Of a DNA stretch of 64,000 nucleotides, positions 36,901-49,790 are shown one piece after another. The stretch's first letter is position 1. The number at the start of each line of letters is the position of its first letter. The DNA is taken from assembly GCA_013265495.1 (NCBI GenBank), contig MU057640.1, forward strand, positions 815,303-879,302. Reading direction: 5' to 3'. Position numbers and translations under genes: made by a program. The notes under the pieces were generated by a model. That model did not search any database. It worked only from the letters and a program-made list of their open reading frames with translations, and was not told the DNA's origin. This stretch comes from Vicugna vicugna. Taxonomy: Eukaryota.

Positions 36901-38094
36901 CTTTCCAAACAGGTGTCACGGAAGTCACTTCCCACTTAATGGGCCCATTTTGTGTAGGTTTCCAACTACACGGAAGAGGGGCATCTCATGAACCAACTCT
37001 GCATCGCCCCTGAGGTCCCCGAGCAGCCTCACTTTTACCGTGTTCCATCCCAAGTCCCGCTACACAGCAGGATAAGCAGTAGGACTTCCCTGGCCACTTG
37101 TAGCACCTTGCCAAGGGGAGGTCCACAGCTGTCCGGAGGAAGGACAGGCTTTGCAGGTCCAGAAAAAAAGGTGTTTTTTATTTCCAAGTCCTTTGCCTCC
37201 CGCTCCTGAAATCACGGACTGAAAGATAAACTTATTTTTCATTCTCCCCCAAATGAGATTTAATACACTTGTATCTATGTGATTTAATTCTGATTTTAAT
37301 CTGACTGAGGAGGAGCCTGAGTGACTGCTGGCTGCACACTGAAAATCTGTGGGATAAACACCGTATCTGAAAATAAACCCCGCAGGCCCCGTACAGGGCG
37401 GTGGGGTCATTTGCCAATGACTTCTGTTAACGGATTAAATGGCTTTTGTAGTCACTTTTTTTTTTTTTTTGTCTTCCTGCTGCTCTTCTGCCAACAGGAG
37501 GGCAGGTGAGTCAGGCAGAGCCTGTAGGTGGGTCAGGCAGAGCCTAGAAGCACCCACCCGGTGCCTGGCTCCCATCTACAGGGCAGTTGGGGGAGGGGTG
37601 GCCCTGGGCTTGCCAGTCATTCAGATGGTCACGCCCGCTAACTTTTCATATTTAAATAGAGTTGCTGCTGTCTACCTACCCAGAAGTCAGGAGGAACAAG
37701 ACAGGAAAAGTTAAATGTAAAGGACCTGGTACCTCTTGTAAATGAAAAGGACCTTTCCCCTCCTCTACTTGTGGGCGGAGAATTTGCAGGGAACCAGGAG
37801 GTGCAGAGGAGAGATGCGAACACGAGAAACTACTGGCTTTGGAACACTGACCACAGCAATTTGGAAAGGAGAGAGTCTTCTCCCCCAGGAAGAAAGCCTT
37901 TCACAGGGCCTACAATACTTGGCGGGGGTGTGGAATAGGTAAATGAGTGGTTGGGCCAGGGACCATTTCCAGAGCTGGAGGACATCAGAAGGGCCACGTC
38001 TCAGGTGTGACTTCTACAGCGCAGCTTTACCAGCTTTGCAGGAATTCCCTGCTGCCCTGCTGGTACTCTTATCACACTGTGTTGTGAATCCCCT

Positions 38095-38509
38095 TGTAAT
38101 GAGCTGAACAAATATACTAGTCCTCCCCAAAGTCCTGCACTGAAGTCCTGACCCCCAGTGCTTCAGGGTGGGGCCTTACTGGGAGACAGGCTCTTTACAG
38201 AGGTAATCATGGTATAATGAGGTCATTAGAGCGGGCCCTAATCTGAATGACCGTATTCTTATAAAAAGGGGATATGTGGACCCAGAGGCACGTAAAAGGA
38301 AGATGACATGAAGAGACAGGGAGAAGACAGTCACCTGCAACCCCCTCAGCCTGGAGCAGATCCATCCCTCACGGCCCCCAGTAGGAACCAAACCTGTGGA
38401 CACCTTGACCCCGAACGTCTAGACAGCAGAACCTCAAGACAATACATTTATGCTGTTTCAGCCACTCCACCTGTAATACTTTCTCATGGCAGCCCTAGCA
38501 AACTTAACA
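38095..38509 (+). mobile_element. MLT1B-like solo LTR
   Basis: TG..CA ends, TSD cccct/ctcct, and motifs tctttacagaggtaatca..tgaggtcattag..atggcagccctagcaaact. Confidence 0.85.
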
Positions 38510-38622
38510 CTCCTCAAATGACTTTACAGGTCACGGAAATTCATTTTTTCCAAATGTTTCTTTTCAACATGCAATGAAGATAATTTCCTGTCATGCTCCC
38601 TTCCCCTCCCCACTCTCTCCCT

Positions 38623-38654
<32 letters not shown>

Positions 38655-38673
38655 GCACACAAACACACACACA
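38623..38673. repeat. (CA)n microsatellite
   Basis: Seen directly. Confidence 0.95.
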
Positions 38674-39069
38674 TTCTCTCTCAAGAGAGGAGACTAAATT
38701 TCCAGATTAGTCAGTGTTCCATGTGCCAAATTGACTTATTTGACATCTTGCATATCATCTGATTCCCAGGAAACCATGCGGCATACCACTTCAAACCTCT
38801 GGTTTTCTAAAAGCCAAGACCATGCCTGACAGTAGGGCTGGAAAGACATAGCAGATTCATAGACTCGATTCAAAAGCAGGAGGGGCAGGAAGACACCACT
38901 TTCTAGAATCAGGAGTGAAGAGTATCACGATCAGAGCTGATTTCTGTTTGTTGTAAAACTATCTGTAATAAGGAATAAATGTGAACATCTGTACTTAGGG
39001 TAGAGCTATACAGATAGAATACCACACAAGCAACGTAAGAGATACATGATTTAGTGGCCAAATATAAGA

Positions 39070-39300
39070 TATTTTTTACTAGAGTCAACTGAAAACTTAC
39101 AATGTCATATGACAGCAAACAAAAAAACCCAAAAACGGGTATTGTGATTGGAGGATGCATTAACAGAAACATAGTAACCGAGTGAGGGAGGTGATGGGGC
39201 CGTCACCTGGACTGACGAGGACACACTTAGGAACACCAAGTTCCCATCTGGCACCAGATCTAAGAGAACATCCACACGCTGCCGTGAGCATAAAAGCAGT
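39070..39300 (+). mobile_element. L3/CR1 fragment
   Basis: ggatgcattaacagaaacatagta..gggaggtgatgg..ctggcaccagatctaagag. Confidence 0.6.
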
Positions 39301-40126
39301 GACCTAGACCCAGTGAAAGCCTCACATGACAGGGGTAGATGTTGGCAGGGCAGTGGTCAGTCCTTCTTCCTGAATTTCTGCTGACTTAAATAAAACACAG
39401 CCCAAGCAAAGAGCACAGGCTGGCTCTGCAAATGCAGCCTCCGAGCGAGGGCTGCAGCTCCTGGCCCTTTCTATACATGGAGATTCGGGTTCGCCACGGC
39501 CAGGGTCTAGAAACACTTCTTGAGCCAATGCTCTGGTCTGTAGGAGTCACTTTCATTCCTTAAAATGCAACTAAGTCAGTTTGGAAGGGAATTTTGTTAA
39601 GCTATTACTCGAGTCATCCCTGGGATGAGTTAGTCCATCAGATGAGCTAACTCTCACCAGAAAAAACAAAACAGGGCCACCTTAAAGGGCTGGGGACAGT
39701 GGGAGATGGGCGGTGTGGGGAGGGGTGGCATCTGGGGCTTGAATTCTAAGGTGGGCAGGCCCAGGTGAGGGGCTGCGGGTGGAAGGAGGTGGGTGGAGGT
39801 GGGATGAAAAGGCCCCTCTCCAGCCAGGGGAAGCCTGAGATTGCCAGGCACCCCCCCCCGGGGGGGGGATGGCCAGGAGGGAGGTGGGGTGCTCAATGGG
39901 GGTGGGGTGGACGTCTCGTCTCAAAAAAGCCCTCAGAGTAGCTTTCCTACTTGTGGGTCTCTCCTTTGCTTTGTTACAAGGAAATCACCACTCCCCCCGG
40001 TCTGAGGGCCTCAGTATCTTCATGGATGATTTAGATGAACTCCATTGTGGAACATATTTTTCCAGAAAATATTTAAGACAGACATCCCTCATTTACCTGA
40101 AATCCAAGTGCCTCTGGGGGTGCTAT

Positions 40127-40705
40127 TGAGGCGGGAAGGCCCATAAAAAAACCTGGCAGGGCCCACAAGCAGGGCCACTACTCTCTTGCCAGCACCATCC
40201 GGTTCCCTGGCCCAGAGGCTCTGTCTCACTTTTTGCCTCTGAAACGGCTTACCTACCCCTAAAATTCTATTGGTTCCCTGAGCTCACTTCTGATTGGTTA
40301 TTTCCTTCACTCCTGATTGGTTATTACTCTCACTTCTGATTGGTCCACTTCCCTAACTTCTGATTGGTCCATTTGTAGTACTTCATTTGCATGGAGCTCA
40401 CTCCTGATTGGTTATTTCTCTCACTCCTGATTGGTCTATTTCTACACAGCTTGTTCCTGGTTGGTTAACTTCTGTTATACTTTATTTGCATGTGATGTTG
40501 CAAAGTGTAAAATTGGCAGCCTAAAAAGGCCTATGTAAACCTACAGGTGGGGGTCCAGAGCTTGGAGTGCTAAATCCTCTTGGTCTGCTGGCGTAATAAA
40601 CCTGAGTCCTCCAACTCTCTGAGTGCTGATTGGTCTCTTGCCCAGATCCAGGTTGCTGTCACAACTGAGCTGTAATACTGAGCTGTAACACATTTTTCCA
40701 CAACA
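40127..40705 (+). mobile_element. ERV1-class solo LTR (579 bp) with a tandem CCAAT-box array
   Basis: TG..CA ends; perfect 4-bp TSD ctat at 40123-26 and 40706-09; AATAAA at 40595; TATA-like tatgtaaa at about 40532; 23-24-bp repeats each containing ATTGG. Confidence 0.9.
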
Positions 40706-42548
40706 CTATTTGAGTTTCTGGGTGTTTCTGGGCCAGTCTGGACCAGTGTTCCTCCCTACAGCCTTCAAGGTGAATGGTGGTGCCTTGGGGAGGGGTGAGG
40801 GAGTGAGGAGGAAGAAGCACTCCCTGACTTGTCTACCTGGTGGCCTCCACCTCGGTGCCCTGCCTCCTACCCCAGGCTAGGGCAGGGTTCAAGCGAGATG
40901 TACATGGAACCGCTTTCAGGAGCTGGGAGTGGCTGTTCTTGGCCCCACTGCCCTGGAGAGAAGTGGGGTTCATCCTGAGCCTCAGAAGGAGTGGGCTCTG
41001 GCACTGTTGGAGAGCTTTCCCGCCCTGAGCCTTATGGGGAAGGACAGCACCTCTAGAAGTATAAGTGAACTAAAAAATGTCCTTTTTGTCCCCCAGTGGC
41101 CTCCTTTTGGACACCAATTACATGCTGGCCTCAGACATTCTCCAGGGCATTCAAGAGCCTGGGGAGTCGGGGGTGGGGGGCAGAAGGTTTAGGGGAGGGG
41201 ACTGGCGAAATGGAGAGAAAATGGTCCCACCTGCATTTGCGATAATGTGTGTGCAGTGGAGAGAGAGGAAACTTCCATCTGGTAATAACTTCTGACAGAT
41301 AAAAAGCCTTTGCCCACATGTAGGTCACTTTGGGATGCCGAGATTTGATGGGAGTCGAAATCTGGTGTGAGTGTGTGAACTTGTTACCTTACAGGGCTAG
41401 AAATAAAACTCAGCTGGCAGGAGTTTAGATTTCAGTGGCTCCTTGGGCAGGGAGGGCACTAGAGCCCTCGGGGGAGCGTGATGGCAAAGGTGTCGCCTCC
41501 ACGCAGTCACAAGGCCTGTCGGGAAGGGCCCTTTCCTGCGTCTCTAGCACACGGCAGGGGTGCTCTTCTGGGGCCCAGGCTCTTCAGGGTTTGAGCCCCA
41601 GACACAAGTGGAAGGAAAGACAGTGGGCAAATCTAGCAACAAAGTGAGCAGCTGGGAGAAATCTAATTTTGACAGTGGACACTATCGATGAGATAAATAC
41701 AGCAGTGGGAACTGTGTCCAGAGGACAGATAGAAGCCAAAGAGCTGCCTAGAGGTCTGAGCATTTGCAGACGCAGGCATGACAATAAGCCCCATCCGACT
41801 GGGAGGCAAGAGCATCCTCCCAGCAACAGACCAGTTAAGTCCCCTCCATCCCTCCCCTCCCACCCCTCTCTCCCCTCCCCGGAAGCTGTCCTGGGGCTCA
41901 GGCAGGAGCTGATTAAATTCCCAACTGTCTGTTCAGACTTGAAAAAGCTCAAGGACAAAGCATCACCAAGACCTTTATTTAACTCAATTTTATGATATTA
42001 AAATTTTATTTTCCAAATTATAATTTGCTTTGAATAGCAGTCAGATTACTGTGCATCCTCTAAGCCTATCCCGTTCCCCAGGGAGGTGGGTAGATGTAGT
42101 GGGGGTGGGACTAGGGCCTGAGACCCACAGTGGGTGGAGCTCCCATGGGCCAAGAGGCAGTATGGGCCTCCACGTGAGATTCTGGTGTGAACAGCCCTCT
42201 GCTGTGCCATCCGTCAGGTGTTCTGCACGCCACGGGGATGGGGAGCCGTTCAACTATGAAGAACCAAGCAGAACTCACCTTGCTCTGAGCTAGCTGTATA
42301 ACCATGGGTGAGCCTGTGTCTCAGGTCCCTTCTGCAAATAAAAAGGTTTCAATGGCTTCCAAAATCCTCTCCAGCTCTTATCATCTCTAGTACTCCCTCC
42401 TCCAAACCTTCAGCTTGACACATCCCCTCAGGATATATAAGGAAAGCTGTTTTCCTTGGGGACGGTTCCCCTCCAGATGCCTCTCTTGCCACAGCCTCTA
42501 CCCTCTCTGCTTTACAGGAGAGCGGAGAATCCGACCTGAAAGATGCAT

Positions 42549-42700
42549 ACAGTAACTCCTCAGTATCCACAGGGTTTGGCCCCAGGATCCCCGTGGATAC
42601 CAAAATCGGAGGATGCTCAAGTCCCTTACATAAAAAGGTGTAGTACAGTAGGCCCTCCATATCTAGGGGTTCAACCAACTGAGGATGGAAATCCATCCAC
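42549..42700. mobile_element. MER2/Tigger2-like DNA transposon fragment
   Basis: cagtaactcctcagtatccacaggg..ggataccaaaatc..ggatgctcaagtccctta. Confidence 0.75.
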
Positions 42701-42941
42701 ATGGTGGGCCAACTGTATGCACCAGAAAACTGGCTCTTGGCTGCTGCTTCTTGGAAGCCGGGTGCTTACAGAAGACATGGCTCTGCTCCCTGCCCCAGGG
42801 TAAAAGGAACCAGGATCCTGCCCAATGGGGTGAGGCTTATGGTTTCCTGCGCTGGGTGAGGAAGTGTGCCTCCATCCTGGGGTTCACAGAGCCCCAGTGT
42901 AACTGTCCCCCACATTCTCCGAGTAGGTTATATGGTAATAC

Positions 42942-43466
42942 TGTAACAGATAGGAACAAATCTGAGTCTATATTAGATCTGTTCATTTGGCTCTAACCCT
43001 GTGCTCTGTTTCCTGTGCTTAGTCATGCTGGGTTTTGCATCTTTTGTAAAAGAATGTTGCCTGTAGCCTGAAATACACAGGGTAGCCAGCCCATTCTCAA
43101 GACTCTGACCTATAAGAGTATAACACTTTTCCATTCATACAGAGATAAAAAGTTGCGGAACAAAGAATAACATTTATCATGTGGGAGGTTTACAGGAACA
43201 TCATGACCTGACCTACCTGGACAGCTGCAAGAACAGAGGATTCTGACACCAAGAAGTTTGCAACAACCAGCCACACCCTCTTCCCTTTTCAGTATAAAAG
43301 GAGCCTGAATTCTGACTTGGTAAGATGGTTCTCCAGGATATTAATCTGACATCTTCTCAGTCTGCTGGGTTTCCAAATAATGTCATTATTCCTTGCCCCA
43401 ACACCCAAGTTTCCTGATCTATTGGTCTGTCGTGCGGCAGGTGAAACAAGTTTGGATCTGGTAACA
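42942..43466 (+). mobile_element. ERV1-class solo LTR (525 bp)
   Basis: Ends TGTAAC..GGTAACA; perfect 4-bp TSD atac at 42938-41 and 43467-70; TATAAAA at 43293. Confidence 0.9.
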
Positions 43467-46400
43467 ATACAGGTGATATTTTGACCTTCATACCTACTTC
43501 CACGCCTCCATCTTTCCCTCTCTCATTGGTTCCAAATCCAGCTGGGAATCAGGGGTGTTATAAACGAACTCTTTGAAACCCCAGCAACCATCCTTGAGTT
43601 CACAGTGTGAGGGCGAGCCTAGCGCCCAGACTGAAACATCGCCAACTTTCTCTTTTGGCGAAGATTTTGGGACTCTGCAAGGCTCCACTGTAGTTTGCGA
43701 GCCATCTGGAACCTGTGGGAGCTTGGTTCAAGTCGTTCTCAAGGAGACCTTGTGCTGGCAGCAGCCCGCAGTGTCTGTCAGACAGTTTCCTCAGCCAAGT
43801 GGAAGCCGGGGCCACAAACGGCACCTCCAAAGTAGCTCGGGCTGAACCGTGTCTAGCCGGACTCAGAGCCAAGAGTCCCTTCACTTAAATAATTCACAGG
43901 CTGCCTCTGGGTACGTAAACACGGCCCTGGCTAATGGGGGCTGACAGGTGATTTCATGCATCATTTAACTCTTTGCATTGCTGAGGAATGCAACAGAGAT
44001 TAGATAATCAGAATAATTTCACATTTGCAAACAGCTTTTTTCTCTTAGGAGGAAAATAATGCAAACACAAACAGTAAAAATAGCATTCATCTGGACAGCC
44101 CATGGGGAAGAACAAAACTGGGCATTTGTGACAATGATGAATTGGACGCCCTTCCCCGATCTCTCTCTTCTGCCATGGGTGGGGTGGTGGAGGGGGGTGG
44201 TGAGTAGCCTTAAAGAGACGTTCTCAAGGCCAGTGGGAGGTACGACTTGTGCTCTGCTTCAAAGAGAGTGCAGGAAGCACTGAAAGAAAAGGAGGGAGAA
44301 AGAGTGAGTAAAAAAAGAGACAGAGGGAGAACAAGAACAAAGTACAGGGCCGACCATCCTTGACCTTGGAGCCTTGGTCTACAAGGAAACTTGAAGCCCC
44401 AGGTCAGGCAGCCCTTGGTGGACACCAAGTGGAAATGCAGCCCTGTAGGCTGTCCTTCCAGACAAGTGTCTCAAGTGATGATTTGATGATATCTAACCTC
44501 CTCTAGTAACAACTTTGCGGGGCAGGCCCATCTTGTCAAGCAGAGGACATCAACAGACCCCCTCAAGAATATACGGTCTGTTGGCCTTGTGCATAGTCCT
44601 CCATGGCAAATGGTATCTCAGTGCCTGGTCACTTCTCTGAGAAGCTGCTACCCCCACTAAGGAAAGTCTTCAAACTCCATGGGCAAACAGCTCAGTCCCC
44701 TTGATCAACAGGGCGGCATTCAGCCTGGTGGTGGTTTCTCGCAGCAAACCAGTGCAGATGCACGGGACAGGTGGGCCTGTAGCCCCTCCTCCAGTCTTCC
44801 TGATCTTCGCTTCTGGCCAGGCGGCCTCCACACAGTGTCCAGCAGAATTCTGGGCCTGTTGGCTGCCCCAAATCATGTTCCTCTCCAGATTGACCCTCCA
44901 GATGATCTCAGCTGAAAGCCTTTGCTGGCCTGGGCCAGCAGCCTATCTCCATCCCCTATGATAAATTGATTAATCGGGGGGCAGGGGCAGCCCCACTCCA
45001 GGGCCAACCACTGGGCCTTGGAAACCGTGCAGACTGATGGAAACTTGAATGTTGTCTGGCAAGACAGGACACACCAAAAGAGTTTATATGTCATCTCAGA
45101 AGGAAAAATCCTTGCAAGTGTTCAAAGCCGAGATGGAACCCCTGTCACCCCATCTGGCCAGGAGCCTCTAGGTCCCATGCACGCCTGCTGTGAGGTTTGG
45201 AATTCGTTCTGACAAGCATGCAATGTTAAGTTTAGATGTGGGCCCAGTGGATCTGAAATTAAATATCCTGTCATTAACATGGATTTTAAAATCCCATTTA
45301 GATGAGGCAAATGAAAAGTTAATGCCCCGGCAGATGAATCAAACTCAGAGAGAAATATGGCAAAAGCTTTGATTTTTCAACCTGCCAACAACCTCTCTGG
45401 CATGAGGGAGAGTATTTACCTCCTTGGGTACCCTCTTTTACCCCGTTCATGAGTGCTGCTGGCCTGCGAGACTCACACGGGCTCTCAATCACTTCTGCGT
45501 TTACGCCGACCCCTTACAGAGGAGAATGCAGTGAGGTACGCTGAAATTACAGGTGTGCCAAGACAGAAGAGTGGTTCCTTCTGCAGAGCCACCCAACACC
45601 CACTGGCTATGTGCGTCACACAGAGTGGGCATTTAATACATGCATTTAATGCATTTGTTGTCCAGACAAAGACTGGTAGCTGTGGGGAGAAGTGGACTGG
45701 AAGGTTTAAAACTGTCATCTGGGATCAGGATCCGGAAGGCAGAGCCTAGCATCGCTCCTAATTCTGGAGAAACATTTACACCTACAATGTCGGTCCTACA
45801 CTAACACAGACTGTGCACCTGCTGTGTCTGGCACCGTGGAGAACAAAAATGTGTGTGATACCGTCAAGGTGTCTACACTTCACCACGCAGGAAGCAGTCT
45901 TTCCTCCACTTGGAAGTTTGATGTAATGGCCTCTGACCTCAGAAATCCTCATGTAGAGAAGGGCAGTAAGATGTACAGTCTGCAGTGGTCAGAGAAAGGC
46001 CGCCCCATGACATCCTCCCAGAGTAGTTCTTTATTTTTAGTTCTAGAGCAGTTCTTAAGACCCACTGAGGACACGCCTCCCTGTGCCCCTTCCTCCTCAG
46101 CTGGGCAGTCCCTCCTTCTTTGTACTACAAGCACCCTCTGCCCTCATGGTGGCCTCTCCCTGCCCCCAAGATCCCTCACCTAAATGTCCTGTTGGTCCTG
46201 TTCTTCCCTCAAAATGTTTCTGCACCATGGATTTTGCCAGTCCGCTAGTGATGCTTAAACAAACTTATCCTGGGCCTCCTAACATCAGGACCCTCCTCTT
46301 TTCCCAAAATGAAAAAGGTTGTGTGTTGCTAATTAGCTGATACTTGCCTTCCTTATAAAAGAATTCAGATAGGGACCATTTGGATATCTAATGCCAACTC

Positions 46401-46608
46401 AGGAGAGCAGCTGCTTGGGAGCTGCCCCTGTTTCCTGCGAATAAGCCCTCCCGGCGGGCAGGGCTGAGTCCGCAGGCGGGCTGCGTCGGCTGCCCGGAGT
46501 GTGCGGGGCCCCGGACACCTGGCCCAGGGCTGCGACTAGAGGTTTCACTCAGTCCTCATCACGATTTCACCCCGTTACCATTAATGGCAGGAATAGCTCC
46601 GTGGAGCA

Positions 46609-46639
<31 letters not shown>

Positions 46640-46711
46640 GGTTGTGTGCATGGGCATGTGTATATATGTGTGTGTATATGTTTGTATGTGTGCATGTATG
46701 TGTGTATGTGT
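46609..46711. repeat. (GT)n plus degenerate (GT/AT)n simple repeat
   Basis: Seen directly. Confidence 0.95.
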
Positions 46712-48002
46712 CCATAAAAGGGAGAGAGTGAGCAGGAGGATTTTTCATTAAAACTTTCCACCACCTAAAATAACAAGTAAGTGCGTGTGAGTGTTGCATG
46801 TAGTTTACCTTTTTCTGAGTCAGGTGAGATTTGAATGTCTTGTGTGAGAGTAGAAAAGTTGAAAACATCTGTGCTTTTTGTGATTGCTTAAATTTCACCC
46901 CAGTTTTCGTCTTGTTCCCAGCAGCCCTTGGGCCTTCCTGAGCTCTCTGGTGGCTTCAGGCGTGTAGGACTGGTTCTCACCACGCTGGTTCCTCCTCCTC
47001 CCTAGCATTCTGTCTACAGTTAGTGCACGTGGCCACCCGTTCCCTGGGGATTACTCTGCTAGTCATGCTCACGCTCTTCACTTCATCTGCTGCCACTAAA
47101 TGGCTTGGCGCTGTAGCTGTCTGAGTCATGGTCCATTTATTTGTAAGGATTTGGAAGGTAGGGACCATTTCTTGGTCCTCGCATATAGTAGCCATTTCAT
47201 ACTCTTCCAAAAATATTTGTTGAGTGCTAGGTGCCTTTCTAGACTGACTGACTTTATCCAGACAGCACCCCTCTGACGTGGTGAGTCCCATTTTAAAGTG
47301 ATGCTGTGGAAAGGCAGAAAAGTAACAGAACGTGCCCAGGAATGAACAGCTGCTAAGTGGCAGCCAGGAGTGATAGAGGTTTCTGAAATCCAAGGCCAGT
47401 GCATAATTGTGCCTGGGCGGCTTTAGTCCTTAAATGTCATTCTAGTTGTGCCAAGGACTGGTTAACACCTAGACTTGACTCTTGAAATAAAATTATTACA
47501 TTACGGCAGGGAAAGAATGCCTGGTGATGTTTACTGCTCTCCCTCTTACTTAATTATGCCTAAGGAAGCCAGATGTTTAAGTCATTCGTGTATTGCAGAG
47601 AAAATTAAAAACACAGCAAAGCTCCATTATGCAGTTTATGAAAGTGCAATAGTTAGATGCACGTTTAATTCTCAGGGAAAAGAGGTGGAGAGCATTTATA
47701 AGCAATTACGTGTCATTGGCAGGCTCTGTGAAGGCTGCTCTCCCGTGAATATCTCACAGAGCTCTGATCACAACCTGGGACAGGGGATTATGGCCACTCC
47801 TGCTCCATAGAGAGGGGAAGAGGGTATGGTTTGCTCAAGGTCACAAAGCTGCAAATAGCAGACAGTAGGATTTGAATTAATTTAAATCCCAGTTAAATTT
47901 AAGTTTAAATTAATTGAAGTTGACTAACCTTTTGAATAGGTAACACATGTACAAAATACAAAATGTAACAGATAGAAAAGGGTCCTATGAAAAAGTAACT
48001 CT

Positions 48003-49050
48003 AAACCTATGGAATGGGAGAAAATATTTGCAAAAGATAAGACTGACAGGGGCTTAACTTCCAGAATATATAAACAGCTCATACAACTTAATAATAATAA
48101 TAATAAAAACAACGCAATGAAAAACTGGCAGAAGACCTTTACAAGCAATTCTCCAATGAAGACATACAAATGGCCAATAGGTACATCACTAATTATCAGA
48201 GAAATGCAAATCAAAACTACAATGAGATATCACCTCACACCAGTCAGAATGGCCATCATTCAAAAGTCCATAAACAATAAATGCTGAAGAGGCTGTGGAG
48301 AAAAGGGAACCCTCCTACACCACTGGTGGGAATGTAGTTTGGTACAGCCAATATGGAAAACAGTATGGAGATTCCTTAAAAAACTTAAGATAGACTTATC
48401 ATATGATGCAGCAATTCCACTCCTGGGCATACATCTGGAGGGAACTCTAATTTGAAAAAATACATGCACTCCAATGTTCATAGCAGCATACCTACAATAG
48501 CCAAGACAGGAAAGCAACCTAAATGTCTATCGACAGATGACTGAATAAAGAAGTTGCGGTATATTTCTACAGTGGAAGGAATACTACTCAGCCATAAAAA
48601 AGAATAAAATAATGCCATTTGCAGAAACATGGATGGACCTAGAGATCACCATTCTAAGTGAAATAAGCCAGAAAGAAAGAAAAATGCCACATGATATCAC
48701 TCATATGTGGAATCTAAAAAAAAGGACAGTAATGAACTCATCTACAAAATGAAACAGACTTGCAGACTTAGTAAACAATCTTATGGTTACTGAGGGAAAG
48801 GAAGTGGGAAGGGATAAATTTGGGAGTTTGAGATTTGCAAATGTTAGCCACTGTATATAAAAATAAATTTAAAAAACCTCCACAAATTTCTTCTGCATAG
48901 CACAGGGAACTATATTCAATATCTTATAATAAACTTTAATGAAAAAGAATATGAAAATGAATATATGTATTATATGCATGACTGCAACACTGTGCTGTAC
49001 ACCAGAAATTGACACATTGTTACTGACTATACTTCAGTAATAAAAAAAGA
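48003..49050 (+). mobile_element. L1 (camelid-type): ORF2 C-terminus, 3' UTR and A-tail
   Basis: EWEKIFA..LIIREMQIKTTMRYHLTPVRMAII..NKC is the L1 ORF2p C-terminal region, with frameshifts and stops. Confidence 0.95.
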
Positions 49051-49061
49051 ATAAATTCCAC

Positions 49062-49790
49062 TTGGGAATATAAAGTGGTATACTATATTGTGGAAAATAG
49101 TATGGAGGTTCCTCAAAAAAATCAAAATAGAACTACTATATGATCCAGCAATTCTACTCCTGGGTATATATCCAAAGAAAACAAAAACACTAATTCAAAA
49201 AGATATATGCACCCAAACATTCACAGCATCATTTATAGTAACCAAGATATGGAAGCAGCCTAAGTATCTATCAACAGATGAATGGATAAAGAAGATGTTG
49301 TATATATGTGTGGAATGTGTGTGTGTGTGTGTGTGTGTGTGTTTGTAGAAAAATATTACTCAGCCATAAAAAAGAGTGAACTTTTGCCATTTGCAACAAC
49401 ATGGGTGGACCTGAAGGATATTATGCTTAGTGAAGTAAGTCAGACAGAGAAAGACAAATACTATATATTTTCACTTATATGTGGAATCTAAAAAATTTAA
49501 CAAACAAATGAGTATAACAAACAGAAACAGACCCATAGATACAGAGAACAAAATAGTGGTTACCGGTGGGGAGAAGGGTAGGGGAAGAGGCAAGATAGGA
49601 GAAAGGGATCAAGAGGTACAAACTAAGAGGTGTAATACAAATAAGATAGAAAGATATAACGTGCTGCACAGGGAACATAGCCAATGTTTTATAATAACTT
49701 TAAACAGTATAATCTATAAAAATTTTGATCACTATGTTATACACCTGAAACTAATAATATTGTAAATCTACTATTCTCCAATTTAAAAAA
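49062..49790 (+). mobile_element. Older L1 (L1MA9-like) 3' end with internal (GT)n
   Basis: WRFLKKIKIELLYDPAILLLGIYPK; 3' UTR ending tgttatacacctgaaactaataatattgtaaatc. Confidence 0.9.

Noticed and set aside
40260..40470. Regularly spaced 23-24-bp repeats as a CRISPR-like array
   Set aside because: No unique spacers, a mammalian context, and the repeats sit inside a TSD-flanked LTR U3.
47872..47918. AT-rich inverted repeat, 14 of 15 pairs
   Set aside because: Low complexity at a MIR/L1 boundary, and too short and weak for an RNA gene.
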